NCBI GenBank assembly: GCA_051313645.2
Contig: JBNRSN020000027.1
Location: 42,842,001 to 42,906,000, forward strand
Origin: Centroscyllium fabricii
Taxonomy: Eukaryota
Direction: 5' to 3'
Length of the DNA: 64,000 bases
In this document: positions 12,486-22,266 of the stretch, piece by piece
How the letters are laid out: each line of letters starts with the position of its first letter
Numbering within the stretch: the stretch's first letter is position 1
Program-made: the position numbers and the translations under genes
The notes under the pieces: generated by a model
What the model saw: the letters and a program-made list of their open reading frames with translations, nothing else
What the model was told of the DNA's origin: nothing
Databases searched by the model: none

Positions 12486-12747
12486 GTAAGAAAGATAGCA
12501 GTTAGGATCAGGGGCAAGGGAAGATTACAGAGATGAGTAGCAGAGTGTCCTAGCTGTACCTAATTTCCCGGGGTGTAGTCATGCGTACAGGTTTAACTTG
12601 GGACAGATTCAGAGACTGACTGAATTCCATTACTTGATACTTTACTGCTTTCCCAAAACACATTTTTGACTGGCTGAACTGATTATGGATTAAAATGAGA
12701 CAAATATTTTTGTTTAATGGTGGCTTAGTGCAAAGTTTTTTATCTAA

Positions 12748-13597
12748 GGATAAGGGGTAAGCCATTTAGAACTGAGATGAGGAGGAATTTTGTCACCGAG
12801 AGTGGTGAACCTGTGGAATTCTCTACCACAGAAGGCAGTTGAGGCCAATACATTAAATATATTCAAGAAGGAGTTAGATATATTTCTTAAGGCTAAAGGG
12901 ATCAAGGGATATAGAAACATAGAAGATAGGAGCAGGAGTAGGCCATTCGGCCCTTCCAGCCTGCTCCGCCATTCAATGAGATCATGGCTGATCATCCAAA
13001 CCCAGCACCCTGTCCCTGCCTTGTCCCCATATCCCTCGATCCCCATCGAGCCTGCACCGACACATATCCCACCCTATCCCCGTAACCCCACATATTCAAT
13101 CCCCCTAACACTAAGGGTCAATTTATGCTGGCCAATCAACCTAACCCGCACATCTTTGGACTGTGGGAGGAAACCGGAGCACCCGGAGGAAACCCATGCA
13201 GACACGGGGAGAATGTGCAAACTCCACACAGATAGTACCCGAGGCCGGATTTGAACCCGGGTCTCTAGTGCTGTAAGGCAACAGTGCTAGCCACCGTGCC
13301 GCCCCTTTTTTTTTTCGCCCGCCGGAACCACGGACACCGAGCCCCCGGCCGAGCCCCAGCTCTGCCAACGCCCCCCCACTGGCCTATGGCCTATTCACAC
13401 ACGACACACACCGGGGCCCTCGACATCGTCAGCTGACGACTGGGGGGCTGACGCCACACCGCCAGCACCCGTGGCTGATATGGGGAGAAAGCAGGGACAG
13501 GGTACTGAGTTTGGATGATCAGCCATGATCTCATTAAATAGCAGAATAGGCTTGATGGGCCGAATGGCCTACTCCTGCTCCTATCTTCTCTGCTTCA
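12748..13597 (+). mobile_element. CR1 LINE 3' fragment split by an insertion at 12913-13476
   Basis: RVVNLWNSLPQKAVEA ORF2 end at 12790-12912 resumes at 13477 with the CR1 3' UTR; GATAT duplicated at 12908-12912 and 13477-13481. Confidence 0.8.
12913..13304 (-). mobile_element. tRNA-derived V-SINE (HE1-like) with CR1-type tail
   Basis: tRNA-like head with B box GGTTCAAATCC, V-core GGGTTTCCTCCGGGTGCTCCGGTTTCCTCCCAC; near-identical to 15527-15934 and 51100-51502. Confidence 0.9.
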
Positions 13598-13877
13598 TGG
13601 CTGGCAATCATAATGATCTGAGAAATGTTCATGTACGAGTTCAGCTATTAGATCTCTTAAAGTAACTGTTAGCAAAAGTATAGTTATAATAATCAGGTTA
13701 CAGGTGGCAATATGAGTACAGCAATGAGTAATAATCCCACATAGAAGATCCAGTATTTGCTTTGTTGACAGTAGCAGAGTGGTACACTGGTCACAACTTT
13801 GAAAAGTTGCAACTTGACTCGTGATCTGTAAATTTAAATAGATGCTGCACGATTGAAGCTCACTTGGCGAACATATT

Positions 13878-14613
13878 GGCCCGTATTTTCTGAACGCGGG
13901 CCTCCTGCAGGCGGAGGTCTGCGATCTGGAAAAATCTGCGCCCTTACCTGAGGGCTCCCGGGACGTGCACGCTTCCGCTCCTGGGCCTTGCCAAACTTGA
14001 AGTGCGCAGGGCCCACGTATCCCAGGGGCGCATGTCGTTTGCAGCGTCCCTGGGATCACGTGGGCCATGGGGAGCCAGTTATAGAAGGTAATCTCCCTTC
14101 GTACACTTGATAGGAAGACCTGTCAAATATATCGATGGCGATCAATGAGAAATTTTAAATAAAAAAATTTTTAAATCACATTTTTAAAATGACATGAAAT
14201 TACAATAAATTAAGTATTTCAAACAAAAATGTAACTTTTTGAAAAAAGTAATTTGTTTTTTACGGGGCTAAAAATAAACTTTTTTAGAAGTATTTTAAAA
14301 TGATAAATCAGTGAATTTTTAAAAAACTTTTTTCAGCTCTTATCCTGGTGAAAGCAAGCCTCATGCCTGCTTTTTACCAGGCGTAAGAATTGTAAGTGTT
14401 TTCTGCGGGCAGAGGGTCTCCAAAAAGCGGAACTCTCCGCCCGCGGAGGCCCGTCTCCAGGGCAACCGGAGGATCTGTCGAGACCATTCTTGACAGATCG
14501 GAAATACCGGTTTTCAGCGCCAGCGCTGTGCACGCCTGAAACCCGCATTTCCGATGTCCCTACGGGTGGGTACACAGCTCCTACCCACACGTAGGGATCG
14601 GAATATCCAGCCC
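13878..14613. mobile_element. Harbinger-like MITE (family D)
   Basis: Imperfect TIRs GGCCCGTATTTTC / GGAATATCCAGCCC, TSD ATT; inverted homolog at 63068-63761. Confidence 0.75.
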
Positions 14614-14982
14614 ATTGTTTATGACTTATCAAAATAATACAACTCTCAGTATTCACAGGTAGACGGTCTCTGCTGAATGTAAAGAAATTGCCTCAACGTG
14701 CCTTTAAAAAAAAAAAAAAAAAAAAAAAAAGTGTTGCGTCTGCTGCTGGCCTGGAGAGGGAAATACACGGAAGGTTTCTGGGTCTGCTCATTTGCATATC
14801 TATTTGTGCACGCATCAAAGTAAAACTGGTGCAAGCAGCTAGAACTAACGGAGACTTCAGAGCAGCCTTTGAATGGCACTGTTTAGCCTGCACTGGTCTA
14901 CGGAATACCGGGGGATGAGAAGGTAAGGCAGGAACACCGCGTGGCTCCTTTCTTGCCAATATTTTATTTATTACATTTGGAC

Positions 14983-16058
14983 AGAATTATGAATTTTTAA
15001 GTGCCATCTATGTCCAGAGGGCAGCAGGGCATGGCACCAAGCCAGGAGAGGAGCAAAGCAGCACAACGTCACTCCTTCAGACTCGAAGCTCTCTTGGAAG
15101 GGGGAGGGTGGGGGGCGCAGGACCAACGGATTCCTGTGTGTGGGTGCCACTAAGTCACCAGAATTTTTACCTCCACCACCTGGAGGGAGTGGGGGGGGGG
15201 GGGGTGCTGCAGGTACGGGGTGGGGGGGGATCGTGGCGGGGTGGGGGGTGTGCGGCATTGGATGGTGTGCGGGGGAGGGGGCGGGGAGCATGCGTTGGGG
15301 GGGCGGGGGGGTTGCGGTGCGTGGTGGGGGGGCACTGAAGGCCGGACGAACGGATTCCTGTGCGTGGGTGCCACTAAGTCACCAGAATTTTTACCTCCAC
15401 CACCTGGAGGGAGGTATCTGCTAAAATGGCAGGGAGTCTAAATTAACTGTGAGGCCAGAGGTTATTTGCTCCGCAGGCTGCAGGTCACACCTGTGGCTTT
15501 CTTCTTTCATGCCTAAGAAGATTATTAGAAACATCGAAACATGGAAGATAGGAGCAGGAGTAGGCCATTCGGCCCTTCGAGCCTGCTCTGCCATTCAATT
15601 AGATCATGGCTGATCATCCAAACCCAGCACCCCGCCCCTGCCCTCTCCCCATATCCCTCGATCCCTATCGAGCCTGCACCGACACATATCCCACCCTATC
15701 CCCGTAACCCCACATATTCAATCCCCCTAACACTAAGGGTTAATTTATCCTGGGCAATCAACCTAACCCGCACATCTTTGGACTGTGGGAGGAAACCGGA
15801 GCACCCGGAGGAAACCCACGCAGACACGGGGAGAATGTGCAAACTCCACACAGATAGTACCCGAGGCTGGATTTGAACCTGGGTCTCCAGTGCTGTGAGG
15901 CAACAGTGCTAACCACTATGCCACCATGCCGCCCTCAGGGCCTCGGGCCTCACAGTTAATTTAGACTCCCTGCCATTTTAGCAGATACCCCCCTCCAAGT
16001 GGTGGAGGTAAACATTTTGTTTGGCAAGATCACCCAGAGGTTAGAAATTCTGACTTCT
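14983..16058. repeat. Unclassified repeat with ~69-bp direct duplication, G-rich tract and ~65-bp inverted repeat, interrupted by a V-SINE
   Basis: 15121-15189 repeated at 15344-15412; ~15390-15456 inverted at ~15946-16012; outer boundaries tentative. Confidence 0.45.
15527..15934 (-). mobile_element. V-SINE (HE1-like)
   Basis: Full head, V core and CR1-type tail; same subfamily as 12913-13304. Confidence 0.9.
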
Positions 16059-16144
16059 ATGTCAACTGACTGCCTTGTTTCTTTCTATGTATTTATTGAG
16101 TGCGACTAAGAGTTTGAGTGTGACGCTAAAGTGAGCCCAACATG

Positions 16145-16445
16145 TGTGGTAACCGTTATATAATGCTTATTACCACCGTAATATTGTTGCACAATATTAA
16201 CCAACATGTATAGCGGCTGGGTGCACTATACACAGCTTTGTATTGCGACACTGTCGCGGGGTCAGGTCAGCCACACCTCTAACTCCTCCCCTCAGGTGAG
16301 TGCCTTATAGGTGGGGTCTGACCTGCCCCCATTCATTCTGTACCTGATGTTCGACCGGAGCGTAGCTCCTTTGTAAAGCTAATAAAAGCCTTTAGTTAAG
16401 GTAACTACACGTCTTTAGTTTTATTAGATTATTGACGATACGTCA
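16145..16445 (+). repeat. 5' LTR (301 bp)
   Basis: Four substitutions versus 20786-21086; AATAAA at 16381-16386. Confidence 0.95.
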
Positions 16446-16446
16446 A

Positions 16447-16460
16447 TTTTATTAGCTTTA
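16447..16460 (+). other. Non-tRNA PBS-position sequence complementary to the element's own LTR
   Basis: TTTTATTAGCTTTA is the exact reverse complement of TAAAGCTAATAAAA (16374-16387); no TGG start. Confidence 0.8.
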
Positions 16461-16469
16461 AAATTTAAA

Positions 16470-18257
16470 ATGGAGAGCAGCGCTGTGAAACCCGAAAAGC
16501 TGGACATTAGTCCACAGGACCCATCCGCCGCCAATACATTTGAACACTGGTTCAGTCTCGTCGAGGCCTACATGGAGGCCGCCAAGGCGACAACCGACGG
16601 GAACAAGCTTCATGTTCTCACATCAAGGATCTCCAGCCGGGTATACTCCTTCATCCGCGACGCTAAGACGTACACAGAAGCCGTGGAAAAACTGAAGGCA
16701 TGCTACGTGCGCCCGGTCCACTCGGTCTACGCCAGATATGTGCTGGCGACCAGACCACAACTAGTTGGTGAGTCCAACGAGCAGTACCTGCTGGCGCTCC
16801 AAGCCCTTGTCCAGGCCTGTGACTGCAAGGCACGGACAGCACAAGAGGAGGCGAATCTCCTCGTCCGGGATGCCTATGTAACGGGGATCAGGTCCACAGA
16901 GGCCCGCCAGCGGCTGCTGGAGAAAGAGACACTAACGCTGGATGAGGCGATCTCCCTCTCCAACGCGGTGGATGTCGCACGCCGCAGGCTAGAGGCGTAC
17001 GGCAGCCACAGCACACCAGCCACCTTCGACCCCTGGGTGGCCACACGACGGTTCGAGACCCCCACAACGGCAGCGGCAGCTGCGAAGACGTCGGAGGAGA
17101 AGAGATGCTACTTCTGCGGCCAGGGACTACACCCGCGAGCGAAATGCCCCGCGAGGACCGCGACCTGCGAGAAGTGCAAGAAAAAGGGACACTACGCCAG
17201 GGCCTGCAAATCGGCCCCGGCGTCCAGCTCCAGACACAACAGCGCGGCCTGCGAAAGCTCCAACGCCGGCCCTTGGCCTCAGGTAAGCTGCAGTTGCAGC
17301 GCGACCCAGCGACGGTCCGGGGGTAGGGTACAAGCGCCCCCGTCTCCCACCCTGATGCGGCAGAGGCCGGCCGCACACACTGCACGCCAAACTCGGCCAC
17401 GGCCGGCCCTGTGCGACCCCCCAACGCCGGCATCTCGCCCAGCGCGGCCCGCTGCGTGCGAATCACGGGCGCCGCCAACCCAGCCACCGTGGCCCGCTGC
17501 GCGCGAACCACAGGCACCGCCACCGCGTCCAGAGCGGCCCGCCGCATGTGAATCACGGGCGCCGCCATCTTGTCCGCAGCGGCCAGCCATGTGCGACCCC
17601 CCGGCGCCACCATCTTGTCTTCAGCGGCCAGCCATGTGCGACTCCCCGGCGCCGCTATTTTGTCCACAGCAGCCGACCATGTGCGAATCACGGGCGCCGC
17701 CATCTTGTGCACGGCCCCCCTCGCCAGCGGAGGGCTGCCACAAAAGCACACACACTTCGGCCTCAGCCACGGTCGACCAGGCTAGGCCGCGCACCCTATC
17801 AAATTCCATGATGGGGATTAAAGTCAACGGCCATGCCACTAACTGCCTGTTCGACACCGGAAGCACAGAGAGCTTCATCCACCCCGACACAGTGCAGCGC
17901 TACGGACTGCAGACCCTGCCCACGCGCTACCAAGTCTCCCTTGCTTCACAGTCCCACACAGCGGACGTCACCGGCTACTGCTCCGTCACGCTCACAGTCA
18001 GGGACTGCGTGTACCGTAATTTTAAATTGTACATACTCCAGCAGTTGTGCGCCCCAGTCTTACTGGGACTGGAATTCCAGTGCTACCTTAAGAGCGTGAC
18101 AATGGAGTTCGGCGGGACCCTGGCCCCCCTCACCGTCAGTAGCCGGGACAATCCCTTCTTAAAGCGGAGCCCGACTTGCGGCCTTTCCACCCTGAAAGTC
18201 GACCCCCCCCTCACTGTTCGCCAACCTCAACCCAAACTGCAAACCTATTGTTACTAA
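16470..18257 (+). CDS. gag: Gag-protease ORF (595 aa; frameshifted into RT at C8 18203-18210)
   Basis: CYFCGQGLHPRAKC and CEKCKKKGHYARAC zinc knuckles, Pro/Cys 15-aa repeats, CLFDTGS aspartic protease motif. Confidence 0.85.
   Translation: MESSAVKPEKLDISPQDPSAANTFEHWFSLVEAYMEAAKATTDGNKLHVLTSRISSRVYSFIRDAKTYTEAVEKLKACYVRPVHSVYARYVLATRPQLVGESNEQYLLALQALVQACDCKARTAQEEANLLVRDAYVTGIRSTEARQRLLEKETLTLDEAISLSNAVDVARRRLEAYGSHSTPATFDPWVATRRFETPTTAAAAAKTSEEKRCYFCGQGLHPRAKCPARTATCEKCKKKGHYARACKSAPASSSRHNSAACESSNAGPWPQVSCSCSATQRRSGGRVQAPPSPTLMRQRPAAHTARQTRPRPALCDPPTPASRPARPAACESRAPPTQPPWPAAREPQAPPPRPERPAACESRAPPSCPQRPAMCDPPAPPSCLQRPAMCDSPAPLFCPQQPTMCESRAPPSCARPPSPAEGCHKSTHTSASATVDQARPRTLSNSMMGIKVNGHATNCLFDTGSTESFIHPDTVQRYGLQTLPTRYQVSLASQSHTADVTGYCSVTLTVRDCVYRNFKLYILQQLCAPVLLGLEFQCYLKSVTMEFGGTLAPLTVSSRDNPFLKRSPTCGLSTLKVDPPLTVRQPQPKLQTYCY
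17400..17714 (+). repeat. In-frame 45-bp tandem repeat (7 units) in the Gag-PR linker
   Basis: Units such as RPAACESRAPPSCPQ and RPAMCDPPAPPSCLQ. Confidence 0.85.
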
Positions 18258-18312
18258 GCGTCGGCGTTACAGTGCAGGGGATCGGACATTTATCAGGTCG
18301 GAGGCCGGGCGT

Positions 18313-20766
18313 ATGCTGAAGGAGGGGATAATTGAAGCCAGCACCAGCCCCTGGCGGGCCCAGGTCGTAGTGGTTAAGACTGGCGAGAAACAGCGAATGG
18401 TGATCGACTACAGACAGACCATTAACCGCTACACCGGGCTTGACGCCTACCCCCTTCCCCGCATCTCGAAAATGGTTAACCAGATCGCCCAGTACAAGGT
18501 GTTCTCCACATTCGACCTTAAGTCGGCGTATCACCAGCTCCCGATCCGGAAAGCCGATCGCCCGTACACCGCCTTCGAGGCGAACGGTCGGCTCTACCAC
18601 TTCCTCCGGGTCCCCTTCGGCGTGACCAATGGAGTGTCGGTATTCCAGAGGGAGATGGACCGCATGGTTGACCAGAACGGGTTGCAGGCCACTTTCCCCT
18701 ACCTGGACAACGTGACCATCTGCGGCCATGACCAGCAGGACCACGATGCCAACCTGGCCAAATTTCTCCACACGGCGAAACGGCTCGATCTCACGTACAA
18801 TAAAGATAAGTGCGTCTTTAGTACAGATTGGCTCGCCATCCTCGGATACGTGGTGGAAAACGGGGTCCTCGGCCCCGACCCACAGCGTATGCGTCCCTTA
18901 CAGGAACTGCCCCTTCCTCACAACCCCAAAGCCCTGAGGAGATGTCTGGGATTTTTCTCTTATTACGTGCAATGGGTTCCCCAGTTCGCGGATAAGGCCA
19001 GACCACTCCTCAAGGCTGCCGTCTTCCCCCACTCGGTAGAAGCCCACACGGCATTCGCCCGGATCAAGGAAGATATTATCAAGGCGACCATGCACGCCGT
19101 TGATGAGTCCATCCCTTTCCAGGTGGAGAGTGACGCTTCGGACTTTGCCCTTGCCGCCACCCTGAATCAGGCAGGCAGGCCCGTAGCGTTTTTCTCCCGC
19201 ACCCTACAGGCACCCGAAACTCGCCACTCTGCAGTGGAAAAGGAGGCCCAGGCCATCGTGGAGGCCGTGCGCTACTGGCGTCATTACCTGGCCGGCAAGC
19301 GTTTTACCCTGCTCACCGACCAACGGTCGGTCGCGTTTATGTTTAATAATAAACAAAAGGGTAAAATCACGAATGATAAGATCCTGCGGTGGCGGATCGA
19401 GCTCTCGACTTCCGAGTACGACATTCTTTACCGACCAGGCAAACTCAATGAACCCCCGGACGCACTGTCCAGGGGAACTTGCGCCAGTGCCTAGCTAGAC
19501 CGGCTGAAGGAACTCCACGATCGCCTCTGCCACCCGGGCACCAGACTTGCCCATTTCGTTAAATCCCGTAGCCTCACCTACTCCATCACGGAGATCAAGG
19601 CTATGACCCGAGAGTGCCCTGTTTGCGCCGAGTGCAAACCCCAATTTTACAGGCCAGACACGGCGCACCTCATTAAGGCCACCCGCCCCTTTGAATGTCT
19701 AAGCATGGACTTCAAAGGCCCCCTCCACTCCACCGACCGCAACTCGTACTTCCTCACGGTCGTAGACGAGTTCTCCCGCTTCCCCTTCGCCTTCCCCTGC
19801 CCAGATATGACGAGCGCAACGGTGATCAAACACTTCACCATGCTGTTCGCCATTTTCGGTCTCCCCAGCTACATCCATAGCGACCGGGGGTCGTCGTTCA
19901 TGAGCGACCAACTGCGTCAGTTTCTTCTTCAGAAAGGGGTTGCCTCCAGCAGAACGACCAGTTACAACCCCCGGGGGAATGGCCAGGTAGAAAGGGAGAA
20001 CGGGATCATCTGGAAGGCGGTCAGCCTGGCCCTGAAGTCCAGAGGCCTTCCAGTGTCCCGTTGGCAGGCAGTCCTCCCAGACGCGCTGCACTCGATCCGC
20101 TCTCTGCTGTGTACGGCTACCAACGCCACACGTCACGAATTGCTCTTTTCCTTCCCCAGGAAGTCGACTTCGGGGACAGCACTTCCACCATGGCTCACGA
20201 TGCCGGGGCCTGTCTTACTTAGAAAGCATGTCCGCGGCCATAAGACCGACCCCCTGGTGGAGAAGGTGCAGCTGCTGCACGCCAACCCACAGTATGCATA
20301 CGTGCAGTTCCCGGACGGGCGCGAGGACACCGTCTCCATCAGGGACCTAGCGCCCGCCAGGAGCAACACAGCAGAGCCCCTGGTCGAGCCTCAGCCCGAC
20401 CAGCCACTACCTATCGACCACTGGCCTACATACCAACTACAACCCACCGGATTTTGGCCGATGCACACACACACACCGGAGCCCCCGCCACTACCAGCTG
20501 AGGCCCAAGAACCGGACGACGCACCGCAGGCACAGCAGCAACCGGAGGGCCCGGCCCCACTGCCACTACCGGCACCAGCACCGACACTACCGGCACCAGC
20601 GCCGCCGACACTACCGGCACCAGCGCCGCCGACACTACCGACACCAGCGCCGCCGACACTGCAGGCACCAGCGCCGCTGACAGAGACCCGGCGGTCCTCA
20701 AGGCAGACGCGACCGCCGGAGAGACTCATTATGAACTGCTCTGTCCATTCACCCCGCCGGACTTAA
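18313..20766 (+). pseudogene. pol: RT-RNase H-integrase, interrupted by TAG at 19492-19494
   Basis: DLKSAYHQL, VPFG, YLDN, ESDAS, EKEA, PDALSR, DFKG/HSDRG/EREN; the stop is CAG in the paralog at ~44176. Confidence 0.9.
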
Positions 20767-20785
20767 TTTTCAAAGAAGGGGTGAA

Positions 20786-21086
20786 TGTGGTAACCGTTGT
20801 ATAATGCTTATTACCACCGTAATATTGTTGCACAATATTAACCAGCATGTATAGCGGCTGGGTGCACTATACACAGCTTTGTATTGCGACGCTGTCGCGG
20901 GGTCAGGTCAGCCACACCTCTAACTCCTCCCCTCAGGTGAGTGCCTTATAGGTGGGGTCTGACCTGCCCCCATTCATTCTGTACCTGATGTTCGACCGGA
21001 GCGTAGCTCCTTTGTAAAGCTAATAAAAGCCTTTAGTTAAGGTAACTACGCGTCTTTAGTTTTATTAGATTATTGACGATACGTCA
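20786..21086 (+). repeat. 3' LTR (301 bp)
   Basis: Direct repeat of 16145-16445 followed by TSD ACATG. Confidence 0.95.
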
Positions 21087-21330
21087 ACATGAAGATGTGT
21101 TGGATGTAAATTTCTTACCACATTACTAGCAAATCTCTTGTGGCACCGCTCATGGTAAGCCAGAGCATGCGCTGGTTTAGAAGGATGTGAACATTGTAGC
21201 TTGCAAAGCACAATGTATTATTCTACTGCTGGACTGTGGGTGTGTGTTCCATTCAAGTTACAGCATCTAATTAATGTGAAGTAATATGTTAATACAGAGG
21301 TCAAAGAAGAGGCTGGAGACATTCTGGCTC

Positions 21331-21427
21331 TAGTCATAGTCATAACAGCACAGGAGGAGGCCATTCGGGCCATCGAGTCCGTGCCGGCGCTCCAGAGCAA
21401 TCCAGTCCGTCCCATTCCCCCGCTCTG
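21331..21427 (-). mobile_element. Short CR1-type 3' tail fragment
   Basis: Minus strand GACTCGATGGCCCGAATGGCCTCCTCCTGTGCTGTTATGACTATGAC resembles the other CR1 3' ends. Confidence 0.6.
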
Positions 21428-21535
21428 ATAGTACTTTGTCTTCCTGGAGTGTTTTGTTGTTTATTATTTATCTTACGTGTGGCACAGAAATTTGAGTCTT
21501 ACACTTGAACTGTGGGAGATTTAGGTAGATACAAA

Positions 21536-22266
21536 GGGCGCGAAATTGGTGGTCTAGCGCCGGCCCAATGGGCGCTAATCGGGCGCTACAGAATTATCAC
21601 TAGTGCTCGCGCCCGGCGTGAAATTCAGGTGAGCGCCATGTTGGGGGCTAACTGGTAACGCCCCAATGAATTTAGCACCCAGTTGGATGTCGGGAATGAC
21701 GTCATCAGCCCGCACAGCACCTGGGAGGTGCCCGCGACTGAAATTGGGCAGCGCCCGCTGATTTATCGCTGGGCGCTGCCTGCGCCAGATTTTTGGGGCC
21801 GTGACAGCAGCGGGGGAGCGCTGCTTAAAGGGGAGTGTGGAGGTCGCCCATTTTTATTGCTGGCCCACTGCCAGCACCTTCCCCCTCGGCCTCCCCCGCT
21901 GCTCCCCCGGCGGGGTCAGGCCTCCGGCAACTGAGCCCCGGCACTTCCCTCCAGTGCCGGGCTCCTTCTGGCGATTCTGGTCCCACGGCGGCCCCGCGGG
22001 GCTCCAGGCGCAGCCGCGCTAGGCCCCCCCCTTTAATCGGTGAGGAAGGCCTGCAGTACCGTGGGCCGCCGCTACGCGCTCCTTGGCGCAGCGACGTGCC
22101 CACGCCCCAATATTCGGCCGCCTCGCACCAAGAGCGAGGGGGCCCACCTGCTTTAGCGTCCGCCATCCCATAATGGGCGATGCAGGCAAATTTTGGCCCT
22201 AGGCACTAAAAGTAGCGCAGCGCCGAGGTCAGCGCCACAAAATGTGGGCGGACCAATTTAGCCCAC
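21536..22266. mobile_element. GC-rich Harbinger-like MITE (family E)
   Basis: Imperfect TIRs GGGCGCGAAATTGG / CCAATTTAGCCCAC; sharp GC-rich block in AT-rich flanks; TSD unclear. Confidence 0.55.

Larger units (their letters stand above)
16145..21086 (+). mobile_element. Full-length Ty3/Gypsy LTR retrotransposon, Mag-like, no tRNA PBS
   Basis: 301-bp TG...CA LTRs, 5-bp TSD ACATG, two CCHC knuckles, PR-RT-RH-IN order, PPT AAAGAAGGGGTGAA at 20772-20785. Confidence 0.95.

Noticed and set aside
16888-17751. Long antisense ORFs within Gypsy elements (also 4439-5170, 6310-6951, 41591-42586)
   Set aside because: Expected shadows of GC-rich coding sequence; not conserved between the paralogous elements.
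20391-20766. Possible env or chromodomain after integrase
   Set aside because: Only a low-complexity PAPPTL repeat tail; no transmembrane segment or chromodomain motif, and the PPT follows immediately.
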